From positions 105,098,103-105,162,102 of the forward strand of contig NC_068984.1 of assembly GCF_001194135.2 (NCBI RefSeq): a DNA stretch of 64,000 nucleotides, given 5' to 3'. Below the pieces are notes generated by a model, which was not told where the DNA came from, ran no database searches, and saw only the letters and a program-made list of their open reading frames with translations. The DNA comes from Octopus bimaculoides. Its lineage: Eukaryota. Both the position numbers and the translations under genes were made by a program. Positions 38,051-52,740 of this stretch are shown piece after piece. Each line of letters begins with the position of its first letter. Position 1 is the stretch's first letter.

Positions 38051-39988
38051 CCAATGAAGTAAAGATACAAGTTAGTGAACTGGCTACACTTCTGGCAGTG
38101 GTCACAGATTATGCTCTCACTTGCCTTGCCAAGTCTTCTCACTTAAGTTAAGCATATACAATAATTTTGAAAGCCACTTGATTTTGTTGCTACATACTAC
38201 CTCTGGTACTTGCATCATGGTCCAGCTAGGTTGTGACTTCAGGAAGACACTTCCAACATTTTCAAGTATTATCTACATATTACATCTATAGTTTGTACTT
38301 GCTTTTTGTTGCTATGAAACATCAGATTGTAGTTGTAATTCTTGGTATACTTGTGTGATGTTGGAGAATTGGAAAAGTTTGTTAGTAAATAATTTGTTTC
38401 GCTTAATTAGTTTTAAATTCAAATGATCTGTGCATGCAATTGAAAATAGCTCAGATCTTTCACAAAGATAGTGAATGTAATTATATATGTACACAAAAAC
38501 GCTTGAGAACTTGATAAATAGCCATGGGCCTATAACCAGAGGTTAGTTTAAGCAAAATCATTAAAACTGATTCTACAGTTGTAATTAGAAGAGATGAGAT
38601 GAAAAGGTGTAACAGCTGATATGATAGTGTTTCATTCAGTAGAACTCCCCTCATTCTGGAATTTCAAAGGATTCTACTTGTTAAATGCTGATATTTCTGC
38701 ATGTCTTTGAGTTTTAATTGACTTACATAAATCTGTTTTTAAGATATTTAATTTAATAATTTTTTTTTTTAAATATATTGTTCAACAGTTGTAGCTTAAC
38801 TGAATATCTTTGTTGACACAATTCACTTGTCTTACTTGATAGCTTTGACTTTCTATACTTATATCGGATGCATTAAGTGGATATCTTTAAAAGTGTTTCA
38901 GCAATGTTTTTTTCTGTGGTGAATCACTTTTAAAAAGAATAATTTCATAGCTTAATGTGATAAAAATATTTTGTTGGGTATAAAAGTTTGTCATTGCTTT
39001 ACATGTCTTATTCTTAGGAACTACAATGATTAAAGAGTAATTTTTTTTTATTTTAAGAATTATTATATTGGCACAAAAGTTTGACTGTTAGTATATTTCT
39101 TATTCGCCATTTGACTGAATATAAATTTAGAAATGAAATAAACATACCCTTTTATTTTAAATTAAAATATCAAAAACAAAAAAAGAACATTCTTGTTCTT
39201 AATCCAATTTCCTATTATCTAAATTGTTTTTTATTCTTTGAATAACATTGATAATCTCAATAATGAATGAAATAAAAGCATTTTCCTGTTCTTTTGAAAT
39301 GAACTGACAATACAAATTAAACTTGCTTGCTTTTCTAAACAAGAGTAATTTTTTTCTATATTTTTAAAGATTTTTTTTTTTTTATGCATTTTCATTGACC
39401 AATTTTAGTAGAACTATTATTTCCATAATGACTTGTTACTAAGAATTGTTTTCAAATAAATTTAATATACTTATACATAATTAATCTATAAAAATTTAAT
39501 CCCTTCTTCCTAAAATTGTAGTGAGGGGTAGATTTTGTCTGTGATTATTTCTGTTGATACATGATAATTTTAATTGTGATTATTTCTAAAGATTTAGGTC
39601 TCATTCATTAGTTTCATTAAGGATTGATGACCATTTGGTTCTCAAAAATTTGATGATTATTTAAAAATGTGTACATATACCATAGGGTAGTGACTAGCTT
39701 TTAGTAAATTCAGATGAAATTTCATTTCTTGGTTAATTATTATATTTCATTTAAATTTTACTTCTGAGTGTGGTCCTAATTAGAAACTTGGAGTCAAAGT
39801 TACTTATTATTTAACTCATTTATGATTCCCTGCAGAAAGACACTGTTTTCAATGTTGTAATAGCAACCCAAAAGATTACAGACTATCTGTCTTTTATTTG
39901 TATAAAATATTAGGTTGTTTTTTTAATTTTTTTTTATAAGACTACAAGTTTACATTTGTATGAGACATGTGGTCATTCAATAAGTATA

Positions 39989-40480
39989 GTAACTAGAGTA
40001 AGAATGGGTTGAAAAAACTTAAGGAGATATTACCTATGCTGGCAACAAAGATTTTCCTCTGGGTGAAGAGTAGATTGTGTGATGCTTGTGTTAGAACTGC
40101 AATATTGCATGGTAATGAGTCATGGGCCTCGAATGCAGAAGACCTGCAAATGTTAGGAAGAAATGAAGTAAGCATTACCTTTAAATGGGCACATCTAACA
40201 AAGAGTATAAATGAGGTAGAAGAGAATTAGCTATACATGGGTATAAGAGGAATCAGCTATGATGCATAAGGGACTATACTTGCTTGAGAATGTGGTACAT
40301 ATGGGAGATGACTGCTGCATAAGGAAGTACTAAGCCTTCCAAGTTAGCAGAACCTACAGAAGAGAGATGCCAAAGAAGATTTGGGATAAAGTAGTGAAGG
40401 TTAACCTGAAGATGCTGCATCTCACAAAGGAAATGATGAGGATTATTCTGCTTGGTGATATGTGGTACTGCAGAAGACCC
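39989..40480 (+). mobile_element. RTE-clade LINE RT C-terminal fragment
   Basis: ORF 40009..40230 KSRLCDACVRTAILHGNESWASNAEDLQMLGRNE, then PKKIWDKVVK. Confidence 0.8.
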
Positions 40481-42844
40481 AAGGCAAAACATATCCTGAC
40501 ACAAGAGTGGTTTTAGGATGAGAGATATTTTGTAATCTCCCTGCTTCTTATTTTGCATCATTGACTCTCCTCTCAATTACTTATGCTCACACTGCCCACT
40601 TGCCTGCCTCTTTATCATTTCATGGCCCTCCATCTCCCCCATTAACTATGCTGATTGCATCATTCTCATCCACTCTGACTCCATTACCTTTAAATAGGCC
40701 TATGTATGAGAGATTGCTCTGGATCACCCTCCTATCCCTACCCTATACACACTTATGTGCCACCATATCTTTCTCTAGATTTTCTGAAACAAGTATAATG
40801 ATGCAGCACAAATGTAGATGGTTGATTAGTTTCTAGTGTTTGATCAGTTTGTTGTGTCGGTGCTTTATCGGTCATCAGGATAGACAAGACAAGGTTATTT
40901 TCAAGAATGTTGAGGATTTCACTTGGTGCACTCTTGTTGCACCCCAGATAAGGCTAATGTTAAGTATCTCATAACAGAGCTAAGTCTCTGAGTACCTTTT
41001 TTATTATATTCTCAATCACAGAGAAAATTAGTGTTTGTATATTGGGGATTTCATTATTTTATAAAACAGGCAGAGACATGTAAATATATTCAGTTTACAC
41101 CAAATATAAGGTGTTAAGTGGAACAGAATCTTCTGTATTGGGTCAGTAGATTTTTTTTTATTCTAGAGCTAATGTTATGGTTTTTCAGATGATACCAGCA
41201 TAATGCTCACCATTTCCAGTTGGATGGTATAGACTGAGCAGTTAATTAGAATACCCCAATTACACAAGGAAGATGTTTGTTCAGAAGACAAGGTGTTTCT
41301 TCAATTTGAATGGACATATTCTGGTAAAACCAAAAAATAGAAAATATCATGGACAAGAAAGAAATAACAGTTAATAAATAAATGTTGCAACAAGGGAAAG
41401 AAAATTGAAGGCTACCTTCATTGATGACAATTGATATGTACTACTTGACATTGAAGTTAACAAACCCTTAAAATTAATGCTTATCTGGTCAAAGGAACAC
41501 AGGTTTGAGCTGATGTGGTCTTAGATGATAACATTCTAGAATCCAGTGACAGCATGTTTATAGACCTCTGTCAAATCCAGAAGAGTTCATACCTAGACAA
41601 AATCTATAAATTTTGTAATGCCAAAGTGGCAGAGGAATTTGTTGAATAACAAGATGTTAATCTGCAAAGCAGCACCACAAAAGTCGCATAGCGCATCTGT
41701 GATGACATTAAGGTAACTTGAATGACTTTGTAACAGGGTTGCATGAGTTCTAATCACTAGCTTGACATTATTTCATTTTAATATTTGTTTTATTGTGAAC
41801 ATATAGGCTATAGATTTCTGTTCAATCTCGAGAGTAAACCATTTGCCTAAAGTAGAATTTAGACTCTGAGAGAACTTAGCATTTAGAATAAGAGTTGCCC
41901 TATATATTTGTCTATTTTATCTTTGACAGACCTCGTATTGCTCTTATGTCACTGATTGTTTTTAGAGCTTTGTCTGAAAGTTGAAATTGAATTTTGATTA
42001 GAGGATTATTCATTTAGAGAAGTGAGAAACCTGTCAGGAATATTAAGCAAACAAGCTCATTGTATGAGATGAAGAAACAGTTGTTACTGTTAATAAGCAA
42101 TCTTGAAGCGGAGTTAAAGGTGAGGGAGTTAGGGTGCAGTAATGACTAATTTGATAACATAAAATACAGATAATTTAGATTTTACCTTATTCATTACCTT
42201 ATTAGATTTACAAACAAGTTTTAAAAACTTCGATGTTTTGTTCATCTTTCTTTTTACAATTCATAGAGATGTGGTCTATCAAGAGCTGTGTATACTTTAT
42301 CATTGGAAGACATCATGGCAAAGTGGTACATGTTATATATTCATGTTAGAAGATATTTTGTTAACTAAGCCATCTAATTTGGGCAGCAGATAAACTAAGT
42401 GGATGAATTTAAGTAGTTTTAGTGAACTTCACAACTAGCCTGCTTTTTCTGTTACTGTTAATGACGTACTAGTATTCACCAAGGTGAGTCACTCAACTGA
42501 ATAAGGTCTTTGAGAATGTTGTTCACTTTCGATGGAATGAATTTCGCATCTGATGATATAAAATTCACAGGACTTAGTAATTACCAGCTTAAACAACTTG
42601 GTGACAGATGAGAGATAACAGTAGGTAGGTTTTTTTTTTTTCTTAAGGTAGAATTTGGTGCCTTCCACCCAATTAGACTTAGGGTCAGCTCCAAGTCTGA
42701 TTGTGTGAAGTCATTGAACACTTTCAGAGAAATCCCATGACTAAGTCAATGACAGTTTTTTTTCAAGCAGAACATATGTGACAGTAGAGACAAAAGTTTA
42801 CAAGAGCATAGATGCAGTAGTAGGTACTCATGATAGTATCTTTT

Positions 42845-43035
42845 GGTGGTACATTCTGAGTTTAAATCCCACTGAGGTTAAGTTTTCCTTTTATCCGTTT
42901 GGGGTTGATAAAATAAAGTACCAGTGATATCAGTGTAGCTATTCCATCCTCTGCCTACAAAATTTCAAGCCTTATACCTATAACTAACTAGCCCCCTCCC
43001 ATGGAATTTCAAGCCTTGTGCTTATAGTACAAAGA
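42845..43035 (+). mobile_element. Second SINE family, fragment
   Basis: gttctgagtttaaatcccactgaggt-like B-box region then ggggttgataaaataaagtaccagt; a related inverted copy lies at about 55750-55900. Confidence 0.5.
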
Positions 43036-43168
43036 ATTATTATTATTTAACATTATTTACAGTAGCAGGCACTAATTGCAACATTTTGTGGTGATTCAAC
43101 CATTTTTATTGTTATTCTTATCATTCAACATTATTTACCTAAACTTATTCCACTGTATGTGTACAATG

Positions 43169-43541
43169 TTATTACCTCCGCCTTAGCGAAGGCAGAGGTG
43201 TTGTTTTCAGTCATGTTTATCTGTTTGTTTATCTATGGACAAGATATCTCGAGAACCGCAGGATGGATTCAGATGAAACTTTCAGAGATGTATGGCCTTG
43301 TGACTGACATGAACTGATTAGATTTTGGGATTGATCTGGTACTGGACAAAGGTTCTTGATTGTTTTTCCTCTTTTTATATTTAATTTTTGTGAGTGGCTG
43401 GGTTCATTTTTAGTATTCTCATTTGTGAGAGCAGTCAAGTTTATTTCAGATACACTCATTTTAAAAATCATCAATGGCTAATCATTGAGAGGATGTTGGT
43501 GTTGCCTTGGCGGAGGTTTGCACTCTCTGAATGCTCTTGTT
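43169..43541 (+). mobile_element. Non-autonomous Helentron/HINE-like element
   Basis: 5' acctccgcc (43174-43182) pairs with both ggcagaggt (43191-43199) and the 3' subterminal ggcggaggt (43509-43517). A short hairpin gcactctctgaatgc follows, and the element has TT-rich ends. Confidence 0.7.
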
Positions 43542-46526
43542 ATTCTTAAATTGCAGATTTATAACTACTACCATCACTGTTACCAATATAAAATGTTCAT
43601 TTTTGTGCTGGCCTTAGATTTCTGTGCACAACACCATATTTTTAAATATGCTATCCCTATTTCATTTCATTTATGAAAGTTTATTTCCTATAGATGATTT
43701 TAAACGTCTCACTGATCCTATATTTGTCCATTGTACTGCTTAACACATGCTTGTAGTAGTGATACAGATCGTTATTACATCACGAAGTTCTCAAATGTTC
43801 ACTGCCATATATCATTGTAATTAGACTTTGTATTCTAGACTTTGTACTATAATTGATTCCTTACTGATGCTAATTATGTCTTTTAAGTAATATAACTTTA
43901 TATGTTATCTCCTGTAGGCCAGTAGTGTGATTCATTGTCTTCATTATGTGGCTGCCCATGCTAATAATTGCTTAGGGTGTATTGTATTGATTTTTAGTTG
44001 AAGTAAAACTCTGTTATGGTTCATGTTTACATAAAACTAAACTTCTATCATCTCTCTCTTTTTCTCTTTCTTGACACACACATACACACAAGAATCATGG
44101 CTACTCTCTCAATGTTGTTGAACCTTAGATGTTCTAGAACACTAGTAAATGACTTAGTATTGATCTTACCCACTTTCAACCATTTTTACTGGAGGCAACA
44201 TCACTTTTGTATTTTAAAATTTTACTGTTTCTAGACTGATTACATCATGAGAGCCAAATTATTTGTTTAGAGAACCCACCATGTCCAATTTAGTTTCTTT
44301 TATAATAGCTTCAATGACAAGATTACAGAGTATATGACTGTATATTGATGGATATTTGCTTAAAGCTAAAATTTCTTATTGAATATTAACTCTGATGTTA
44401 ATTTTAACCCCTTCCTTACAATTTTGTAAAGCTTTTGTATTCATTCCTAGTCTTTTCACTGAACTAGTATGTAAGAACTTTCTGGAAGAGGTTATTGTTT
44501 CTGTTGATAAAGATTTGGGATTTTATGTTTATCAGTAAAGAGGCATTTTTAGTTTTGAATTAGAATTATGGATTTTGGACTTCTGTTTTTATTTAAAACG
44601 TATATAAATTTTTAGTTTCAGAGTCTGATACGAAATGGTATTCATGAACTAAATCTTTAATATTACTTCATAAAGAATAATTAACTTGCTACAGAAATAG
44701 TAAATCTTAGTGTAAGATTTAAAATAGAACTCCCAACCTAATGTATACTGCTGGTTTAATTTAGTTACCCCAATACCATTTATTATTCTTCAATCTTTAT
44801 ATTGCCTCTAAGAGCTTATTCAACTGTAATATCATGTATAAAATTTGTTGGTTTTATTAGTATGATAACTGGAGAATGTAGATTTATTGCACAAAATGTT
44901 TTTTTTTTTTGATTGGTCTAGAAATAAAGTTTGTCTAAACAATTTTGACATTTGCATTACAACAAAGTCTTAGTTGTTTGAGAGTATATTATGAAGTTGT
45001 TATAGCATATCTTATGTTGTTATTATTACTGGATTGGTTATTGTAACTTACACTGTTTGTTCTACATAAATTTTTTATGAAGCAGAGATTATTGATGTTG
45101 TTATTGTGTTACATCTGTTTTACTTTGGGGCAAGTGTTATTGTTTTGTTGCCCCTGCCTGTTACTCAAACACTATTTTTATTATTTGCTCCTTAGTAATA
45201 TCCTTTAAGTTGTAAATTATACTGATAAATTGATGAATTGTTGTTTTTTAACTTTTTAGTTCTTTTGTTTCTGTTTTGTACTTTCAAATGTGCTTTTGTG
45301 TACTGAATGAAGAAACAGTTAGAAATACCACTTCTCAGTGCTCTGTTAGACACTGTAATTCATCAAATGAATCTGAGGTTTAATACTCTTTTGAATAAAA
45401 ATACTGTAATAAATTTCCAATCTTTTTTACAGAATTAGAAATATAATTTTAGAGCAGCAGTTCTGATGTTTTAATTCATTATGTAGTTTTTTTTTTTTTA
45501 ATTCCTTACTGTATTTAAGCATATTTTAGTGTGTGTGTAAAGCATTTATTATCATGAATGAAGACAGCACAGTACAGAGGACCCTTTAGGGTAACATGAC
45601 AACTTCTCTAGTGTTGTTGATATGATAAAATGCATCCAGTCAATAGGAAGGAGATCCATATGTAGAAAACCTGCCAAAAATTGAACAAACAAGTGAGATT
45701 TAATTCCAACCCATCTTGGAGGGCACCAATTCTTATTGAGAATTAAATTACTCTAGCACAACCGATCACCCCTATGCCAGCAGATAATACAGAGATTTAA
45801 ATATTCTAATGAATCATTAAATCTATTTAAGGTGACAGAAAGCAATAAAAATATTGTATAATTGTCATGTTATCTATATTGTGGAACTGCGAATGTCTAT
45901 GACTTATTAACTGTTGCAATTTAACATCTTGGTGGTATTCAACAGCATTTTGAGGTATTTAGTGAGTCTGAGAAACCATGCTTGCAATAAATATTCAACT
46001 ATGTAGCAACTAAAAAGTTGCTACATACTGAATCTCCTTGAGAACTACATTAAGGGTACACATGTTTGTAGAGTTCTCAGCCACTTACCCATTAATTTCA
46101 TGAGCAGGCTATTCCATTGATCAGAACACTCATCATCATAACTGATGGAGTACCAGTTAAGGAAGTTAATAAATATATTTGTAAATATTACATTTAATGT
46201 TTGTTTGTTGTTCCCACACCACATCTCTGCATTTAAGTTGTTCTTAACTTTTCATCAAATGCATAATTTTTTATTTCCAAAGTACTTACAGTTTTGTAAC
46301 GTTTAAGCATCTGAAGTAATTGACGTAAAAATAAATTTGAGATAGAGAACTCCGCTACAAATAATAGGCAGATGTATAACAAACACATTAATAACTGAAA
46401 TATGAAATTCTTTCTATACTTCCCACTACATGGTACCTTGAACAAATGTCTTATAGTTCCAACCAATGCCTTACAAGTGAAATTGATAGACAGAAACTAT
46501 AGGAAGTCTGTTTGTGTATGCATGTA

Positions 46527-46730
46527 AGGACTAGATACTGTAGTAGCTTGGGATTCAAAGGCTCACAGCTATTTAATATCTTGCCAAAAAACCTGAGAGA
46601 TCTACATGGAGTGAGATTAGCTGTTTTCAAAAAGCACTTTGACTTTCTACTGTCCAAAACCCCAGATGAACCTACATCATGGCAAGAAACTCAAACAAAG
46701 ACAGCAATATCACAAAAAGCCAACCACATG
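46527..46730 (+). mobile_element. Non-LTR retrotransposon 3' fragment (CR1/L2-group-like C-terminus)
   Basis: RTRYCSSLGFKGSQLFNILPKNLRDLHGVRLAVFKKHFDFLLSKTPDEP. Confidence 0.65.
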
Positions 46731-47908
46731 AAAATGGTCATTGTAAAGTTGATGTTACTAGTGGTGCCCCAGCATGGCCACAGTCTTTGGGTTGAAATGC
46801 ATAAAAAAATGTAAGAAATGTGTGTGCATACACAAGTGTATGTAAGTGTGCAAATGCTAGTATTGCACATCTTGTCACTGTTTCATAGTACAACCAGTTG
46901 CCATGTGCTTTTGAAGAACTGTGGATTAAAAGATAGTCTTTTACCTGAAAAATAGGCTTGGATTGGGTACTGAAAGAGCATCTAATTATAAATTCTTGTC
47001 TCAAGTAAGTCCCTGTCCCACTCATGTTAACATGGAAAAATGAATGTAAAAATGATCGAACAATTAAATGTAAAAATGATTGAACAATTAATGGGCCCCT
47101 TGCAGACTAGATCAAAATAATAATAATTAATAATTAAAAAACATTACCTTAGAATTTTATAAGTGCAAATAGTTAATTGACCATGAAACAGTTGTTTCAG
47201 GATTTAGTAATAAGTTAAAACAGTTGGAAATTAATTTGCAGTTAATTTTTAATGATAATATTTAATAAGTTGCATGCATATATGTGATTCTTGTTACCAC
47301 ATATGAGGCATTCATGTCAAATTTCCTTTGATATATTATGTTCCTATGATTTATATAACCAAAATTGTTATCAGAAGAAATTTGTAGAATTGTGAACTAT
47401 ATCTATTGAAAATCAAATAGAAATTCAATAATTTTAATCTTTTTTTTTTTTTGGTTTTTTTTTTTTTTACATTTTCTTATTGCTCAAATTTTTTAGACTT
47501 CATCTGCTGTTTTTACGAGAAATTCAACCCTTACCCTTTATAGTGAATATATCTATGTAATCTTTGATAGTTTTGCATTAGCTGCAACATCAAAGAAATA
47601 TTTGGAAATACTGACATTATGGACTAAAGCTTTAATCAGTAATTGACTGATATGTTTATCAGTAGAAATCAAGTTTGGAAGAAATGTTATGTTAATGGGG
47701 GTTTTGGTTGTTTTGTTTTTTTTCTTTAATCTTCATTTTCCATTGTCTAAGGACATACTTGTGAAATTTTATACTTGTATTCTATGAACATGGCTGCTTT
47801 TTTTGCTAGTGACTTTACAAACAAAATATTTTTCGTAAAATTTACTGGCTATAGTTAGCTGATTTTTCATATTGTTTAGTTCTCCTTTTCTCCTCTCCTC
47901 CTCTCACT

Positions 47909-47953
47909 ACACACACACACACACACACACATACACACACACACACACACACA
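47909..47953. repeat. (CA)n microsatellite
   Basis: Directly visible. Confidence 0.95.
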
Positions 47954-48368
47954 ACACTTACATATTGTATTCATAGTTTCCCACCAAGCTGCATGTATGA
48001 AGTAATTTGATTTCTAATTGGTAATCAACACGCATACCCCCATTAATCTGTCATGTGAAGCCATACTCATGGCTTGCTGGGAAACTTCAAGTACTCTGAG
48101 TGTTCCATGCTTGTATATTAAATATATTCCTCTCTTTCAATTAAATTGAGGGTTTTTTTAAATTTCTTTTGGTGTTTACTTAGTTTATTGTGATACATAT
48201 GATTCTCCAAATATTTTGTGTTGAACCTTCTGTTTTTGTTAACACTCCACTCCTTCAATTTATATAGACTGAAACTGAAAGAAACATATTGTATGTATAT
48301 ATGTATATATGCGTGTGTGTGTGTGTATATGTGCATATGTATGTATATGTATATATATATATATATAT

Positions 48369-48562
48369 TCGTGCGGGTGACACGTAAAAGCACCCACTAC
48401 ACTCTCTGAGTGGTTGGCGTTAGGAAGGGCATCCAGCTGTAGAAACTCTGCCAAATTAGACTGGAGCCTGGTGTTGCCATCCGGTTTCACCAGTCCTCAG
48501 TCAAATCGTCCAACCCATGCTAGCATGGAAAGCGGACGTTAAACGATGATGATGATGATGAT
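48369..48562 (+). mobile_element. Young RTE-tail repeat copy (CpGs retained, intact (GAT)n tail)
   Basis: gcacccactacactctctgagtggttggcgttaggaagggcatccagctgtagaaactctgcc...catggaaagcggacgttaaacgatgatgatg. Confidence 0.85.
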
Positions 48563-51500
48563 ACAGATCACATCAAACTGAATGACAATGTACCTTATAA
48601 TATGTTAGTACATGCAATGACACATTGCACATTTGCAAAGAATAATTTGAGAGAAAAATAATAAACTTACATGGTGTAAGTTAAACCACATATCTCTTGC
48701 TTACTAGGCAAATATGCTACTGTTCATTCTATAGCAGCTTTGATTTTTCAAATTCAGTGACAAGTGTACATCTGTACTCCTGAATATACCAACACAGCCC
48801 TCACTATATTACACTCTAGTAGAAGAAACCTAGCAATAAGTTGTTAAGTGTTAGAGAAAGCCTGTGAAGTTTATATTGAAGTACTTGGTACTACAGAAAG
48901 ACATTTCTTGCTAAATATGATTGAGAATCCATGAGATGCTTGTAGTATAGCATGTTTGTCTGATACATAAGTGATGTATAGTTCATTTCTCATCATTGGG
49001 TTTGTGACTTTCTCTCTCAAAATGTTGTTAGTAAATGTATAAATGTGTTTGGGTGTATATATATATATAAACATACACTCACACATAGACACATGTAAGT
49101 TTGAATGTTACTTCTGACAAAATATGCTTGCTTTTAACTGAGCTGTTAGATGAACAATAGTATTTTTAATTCAGTTGATTATATTTTGTGGGGGAGAAAA
49201 ACCTCATACAATTATTTAATTTTTTTACCTTTGTTTTTAATTCACACTCAGTAATATTGTAAATATATCAATGTTTTCTGAAACTTGAAATGGTGTGGGG
49301 TAGACTTAGCAACTGCCATTTACCTCAACATGTTTTAACAATTGTTTAGTGAGGTTAAAAATATTGTTACTAAAATTCCTGCATTTCAACTTCAAACTTA
49401 TATTAAGTATGAATTTTTTATCAAAGTTGCAATTTAGTTAAATTTTAAAAAATGTTTCCCTATAAAGCTTTGACATAACAAAACAGTAGTACCGGTGCTT
49501 TTTTTTTTTTATTGCATTGTGAGGTTTATCATTGATAAATTTCAAAACAACGTAACCTTGTGTATATGTGCATAATGGATCTATGTGTGTATAGAATGTA
49601 ATCTCTGACATTCCAACTGAAACCAATATTATGCATGTTACATTAATTAAATTGTGTCTAAATGTATTAACTGTATCTAACTATTCTTTCAAATCATTGC
49701 TTGGTTGAAATTGATTTTTATATATTTGCATGATTTAAAAAAATATTTTGCATGAATTCATGTGGCATATAAAGATTGTCATTATTTGTATATATTAAGG
49801 GATATATTAGAATTTGGATAATCACATATATTTCATATTACATTTAACATTTAATCATTTTTAATAGTTTTCATTTTCATATTGTTTTTTTTTTAAGTCA
49901 ACTACAAATTATTTTTGTGTTTTTTCTGTTTTAGTTCAAAAATGCATTTAAGTCTTTTTTTAATTTTTTAGGCACAATTAATATAAAATGTAAAGCCCTT
50001 GGGAGAAGAGTATATTATATGATGTGGTTTTGATTCTTTGTGGAGCCATTTATTATTTAACTTATGCTTTTGATTAGGGCTAAAATGTCAATTTATTTTA
50101 CCCTTCTAAAATATAGTACCTTTTGTATCTTTTCTTAGGAATCCTATATTTTTTGATAAATTATGTTTAGCTTGGCAAAGGATTAAAACAGTATAAAACA
50201 TTGATACCAGAAATAATATCCATAGACAAAGAAAGAATTCAAAATATATATATTAATTTTAGAAATTAATATCATTAATATCTATCCAAAATTTAATTAA
50301 AATTATGTCTCTGATTTAAAAATAAAAAGGTGTTTTGAAAATTGTTTTAAAATGTCATTTAGCAGTTGTTTATTAATCAATATTAAATTATCAAAATATT
50401 GGAGGTGCTGTTAGTATGGTCGGTATTTTTTTCATAATTTTGGCATATGTGTCAAGTTTTCATCAATTACTAAATATAAAAGTCATATTCTATTTAATGA
50501 AATATCTAACATAACCCAACTGTAACACTGGCACTAGATCATTTATGCTAATTTCCATTTCATCTTGAGTTGAAATATTTAAAGTTTTTTTCTTACTGTT
50601 ACAATTTGTAATTTATTGATTTTATGAATCTTCATTGCCACCAAAATTATCAGATGATATTGATGAGCATGATATTGAAAACAAAAAGTTTAGAGGGTTA
50701 ACCATACATTTTTTTTCTTTTGTTAGTAAAATTTGTAATAAATTGTAATAGATTTTTTTAAAATTAAAATCTGTTATTGCTTTCAGTTCTTTAGTGTTGT
50801 TAAATGTAATAAGCATATAAGTGTTGGTTCAGTTAATTATTTCCTCTTCCTTATAAAATCCATGTGATGATATGAGAAAATTTGAAAATTCAGTATTTTT
50901 TTCTTTTAGGATTATGTTTTTAATATAAAAGTTAAACAATTATTGTGGTGACACAGAAAGGAGACCACCTAGCCTTTTATTTACTAGTTTTGGTTCCTAG
51001 TTGGCTTACTTTTCACAATATTGTTTCTTCGGTAAATTGTGTTGTTGTCTCTATAGCTTGCATGTATCAATATGTATACTGCAATATCTGATTGTTTGAT
51101 AACAACTATTTTTTTAATATCTCTTGATGCAAAAGCATTCAATGGCTGTATTTTTATGTAAACTGAATTATTTTTTTTATCTCTTTTATACATTTCTTAG
51201 CACATTACCAATGTTTATAGTTATAAATGTATTGTTTAAAAAAAAATGAGGCAATCAATTTACTCTTATATTATTTGTATTTAGATTAGACATTGCAGTA
51301 CCATACATAGTTATAATGCACTTTTAGTAGCTCAACCATTTGCATATATTTTTTTTTATTTAAAGTTTCATTTGTGTGTGTGTTGTTTATTCTTTGGGTC
51401 TCAACTTAGATACTGTTTACTAAAAAACAAGGTACTACCATTGTAATTTAGAACAACTATAAGAGGATATGTTGGACCTAAAAGTTTCACATATTTTTAC

Positions 51501-52302
51501 TGTTGTGGATTTAAATTTTCAGAGCATGTGTTAAAAACTCCCTCATTTTGTAATATTAGAACTGCAACTCTTCAAAGTACAATACAGAATGACATGACCA
51601 AATGCAATAGTAAATTTCATGCAAATCATTATAAAGAAGGTCGAAGTTCTGAACCAAACTGTCTATAAATGTTATTTTTATTGATTTTTGGATGGCCACC
51701 TCAACAAAAGTGCATTTTTTTTCTGCTTTCTATCCCAGATGACTGCTAAATATATTCATGATATATTTACAAGATTTAAATAGAATGTTCCATTAATATT
51801 TCTCATACTGAATAATCAAGATGGTTGTGTAGTTAAGAAATTTGCTTCATAATCATGCAGTTCCATGTTCAATCTCAATGCAAGTACTTCAGCCTGTAAC
51901 TTGAAATTTGATTGATGGAAGCTGTACAAAGGAACAGTGTGTGTGTGTGTGTGTGTGTGGTATGCTGACAAAATGTACTAGTGTTTTGTTCTTTATTGAG
52001 TTTTTCAAAGCAGTGATTAAACAATTTAATTGGTGAGAGTAATATACTTTATTAAACAAAGAAATTAATAAATGGCAGGAAATAAACTAAGAAATGATTT
52101 GAATAATATCTGATATGGGAGGTTTGACATCATGCTATTTATATCAACATTGGATAAGAACTGGTTCATTTAAACAAAAATACTCTGCAGTATGTAATAT
52201 TCAGTTGAATTGGCTCTTATGTTATTTCTTGCACTTTGTATTTTATGAGAATGATAGAATAACTACCAAACAAAATAGTGGGATGAATATTAACAGCTAA
52301 AA

Positions 52303-52314
52303 TGTTTGTTTGTC

Positions 52315-52384
<70 letters not shown>

Positions 52385-52388
52385 TATG

Positions 52389-52427
<39 letters not shown>

Positions 52428-52490
52428 GTATATATATGTATGTATGTATGTATATATATGTATGTATGTATGTGTGTGGGTGTATGTGAC
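52303..52490. repeat. (TG)n plus (TATG)n compound microsatellite
   Basis: Directly visible; source of several spurious ORFs. Confidence 0.95.
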
Positions 52491-52559
52491 TGTCTTTCCT
52501 TTGCCTTGACATTCATACAAACCATATTGTTGGTCTGCATTTCTCCACAGAAAACTTGT

Positions 52560-52740
52560 TCAGACTATTTTGTCATTCAATAAACTTGGAGAATTATTAC
52601 CTTGCTTGGAAAAAGGTGAGGGTTAGTGACAGGAAGGACATCTGGCTGTTGAAAATTTTTCCTCAACATCCAGACATCTATCCCTGTCTATCGTATGCAA
52701 GCATGGAAAAGAAGACATTACAACAATGATGATGATGATT
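52560..52740 (+). mobile_element. RTE-tail repeat family copy, diverged
   Basis: aggaaggacatctggctg...gcaagcatggaaaagaagacattacaacaatgatgatgatg. Confidence 0.6.

Noticed and set aside
41189-41232. Acceptor gtttttcag giving YDTSIMLTISSWMV*
   Set aside because: No family motif, and the surrounding 40850-41750 looks like a very decayed LINE (GDF-like and KVAEEF-like remnants) too weak to call.
46400-46520. LHGT-like peptide (ctacatggtacc) as the P-domain terminus
   Set aside because: It is the decayed core of the tRNA-derived SINE family and has no acceptor.
50620-50700. Protein-like stretch YESSLPPKLSDDIDEHDIENKKFR
   Set aside because: No upstream acceptor with a pyrimidine tract, no good donor and no recognisable homology.
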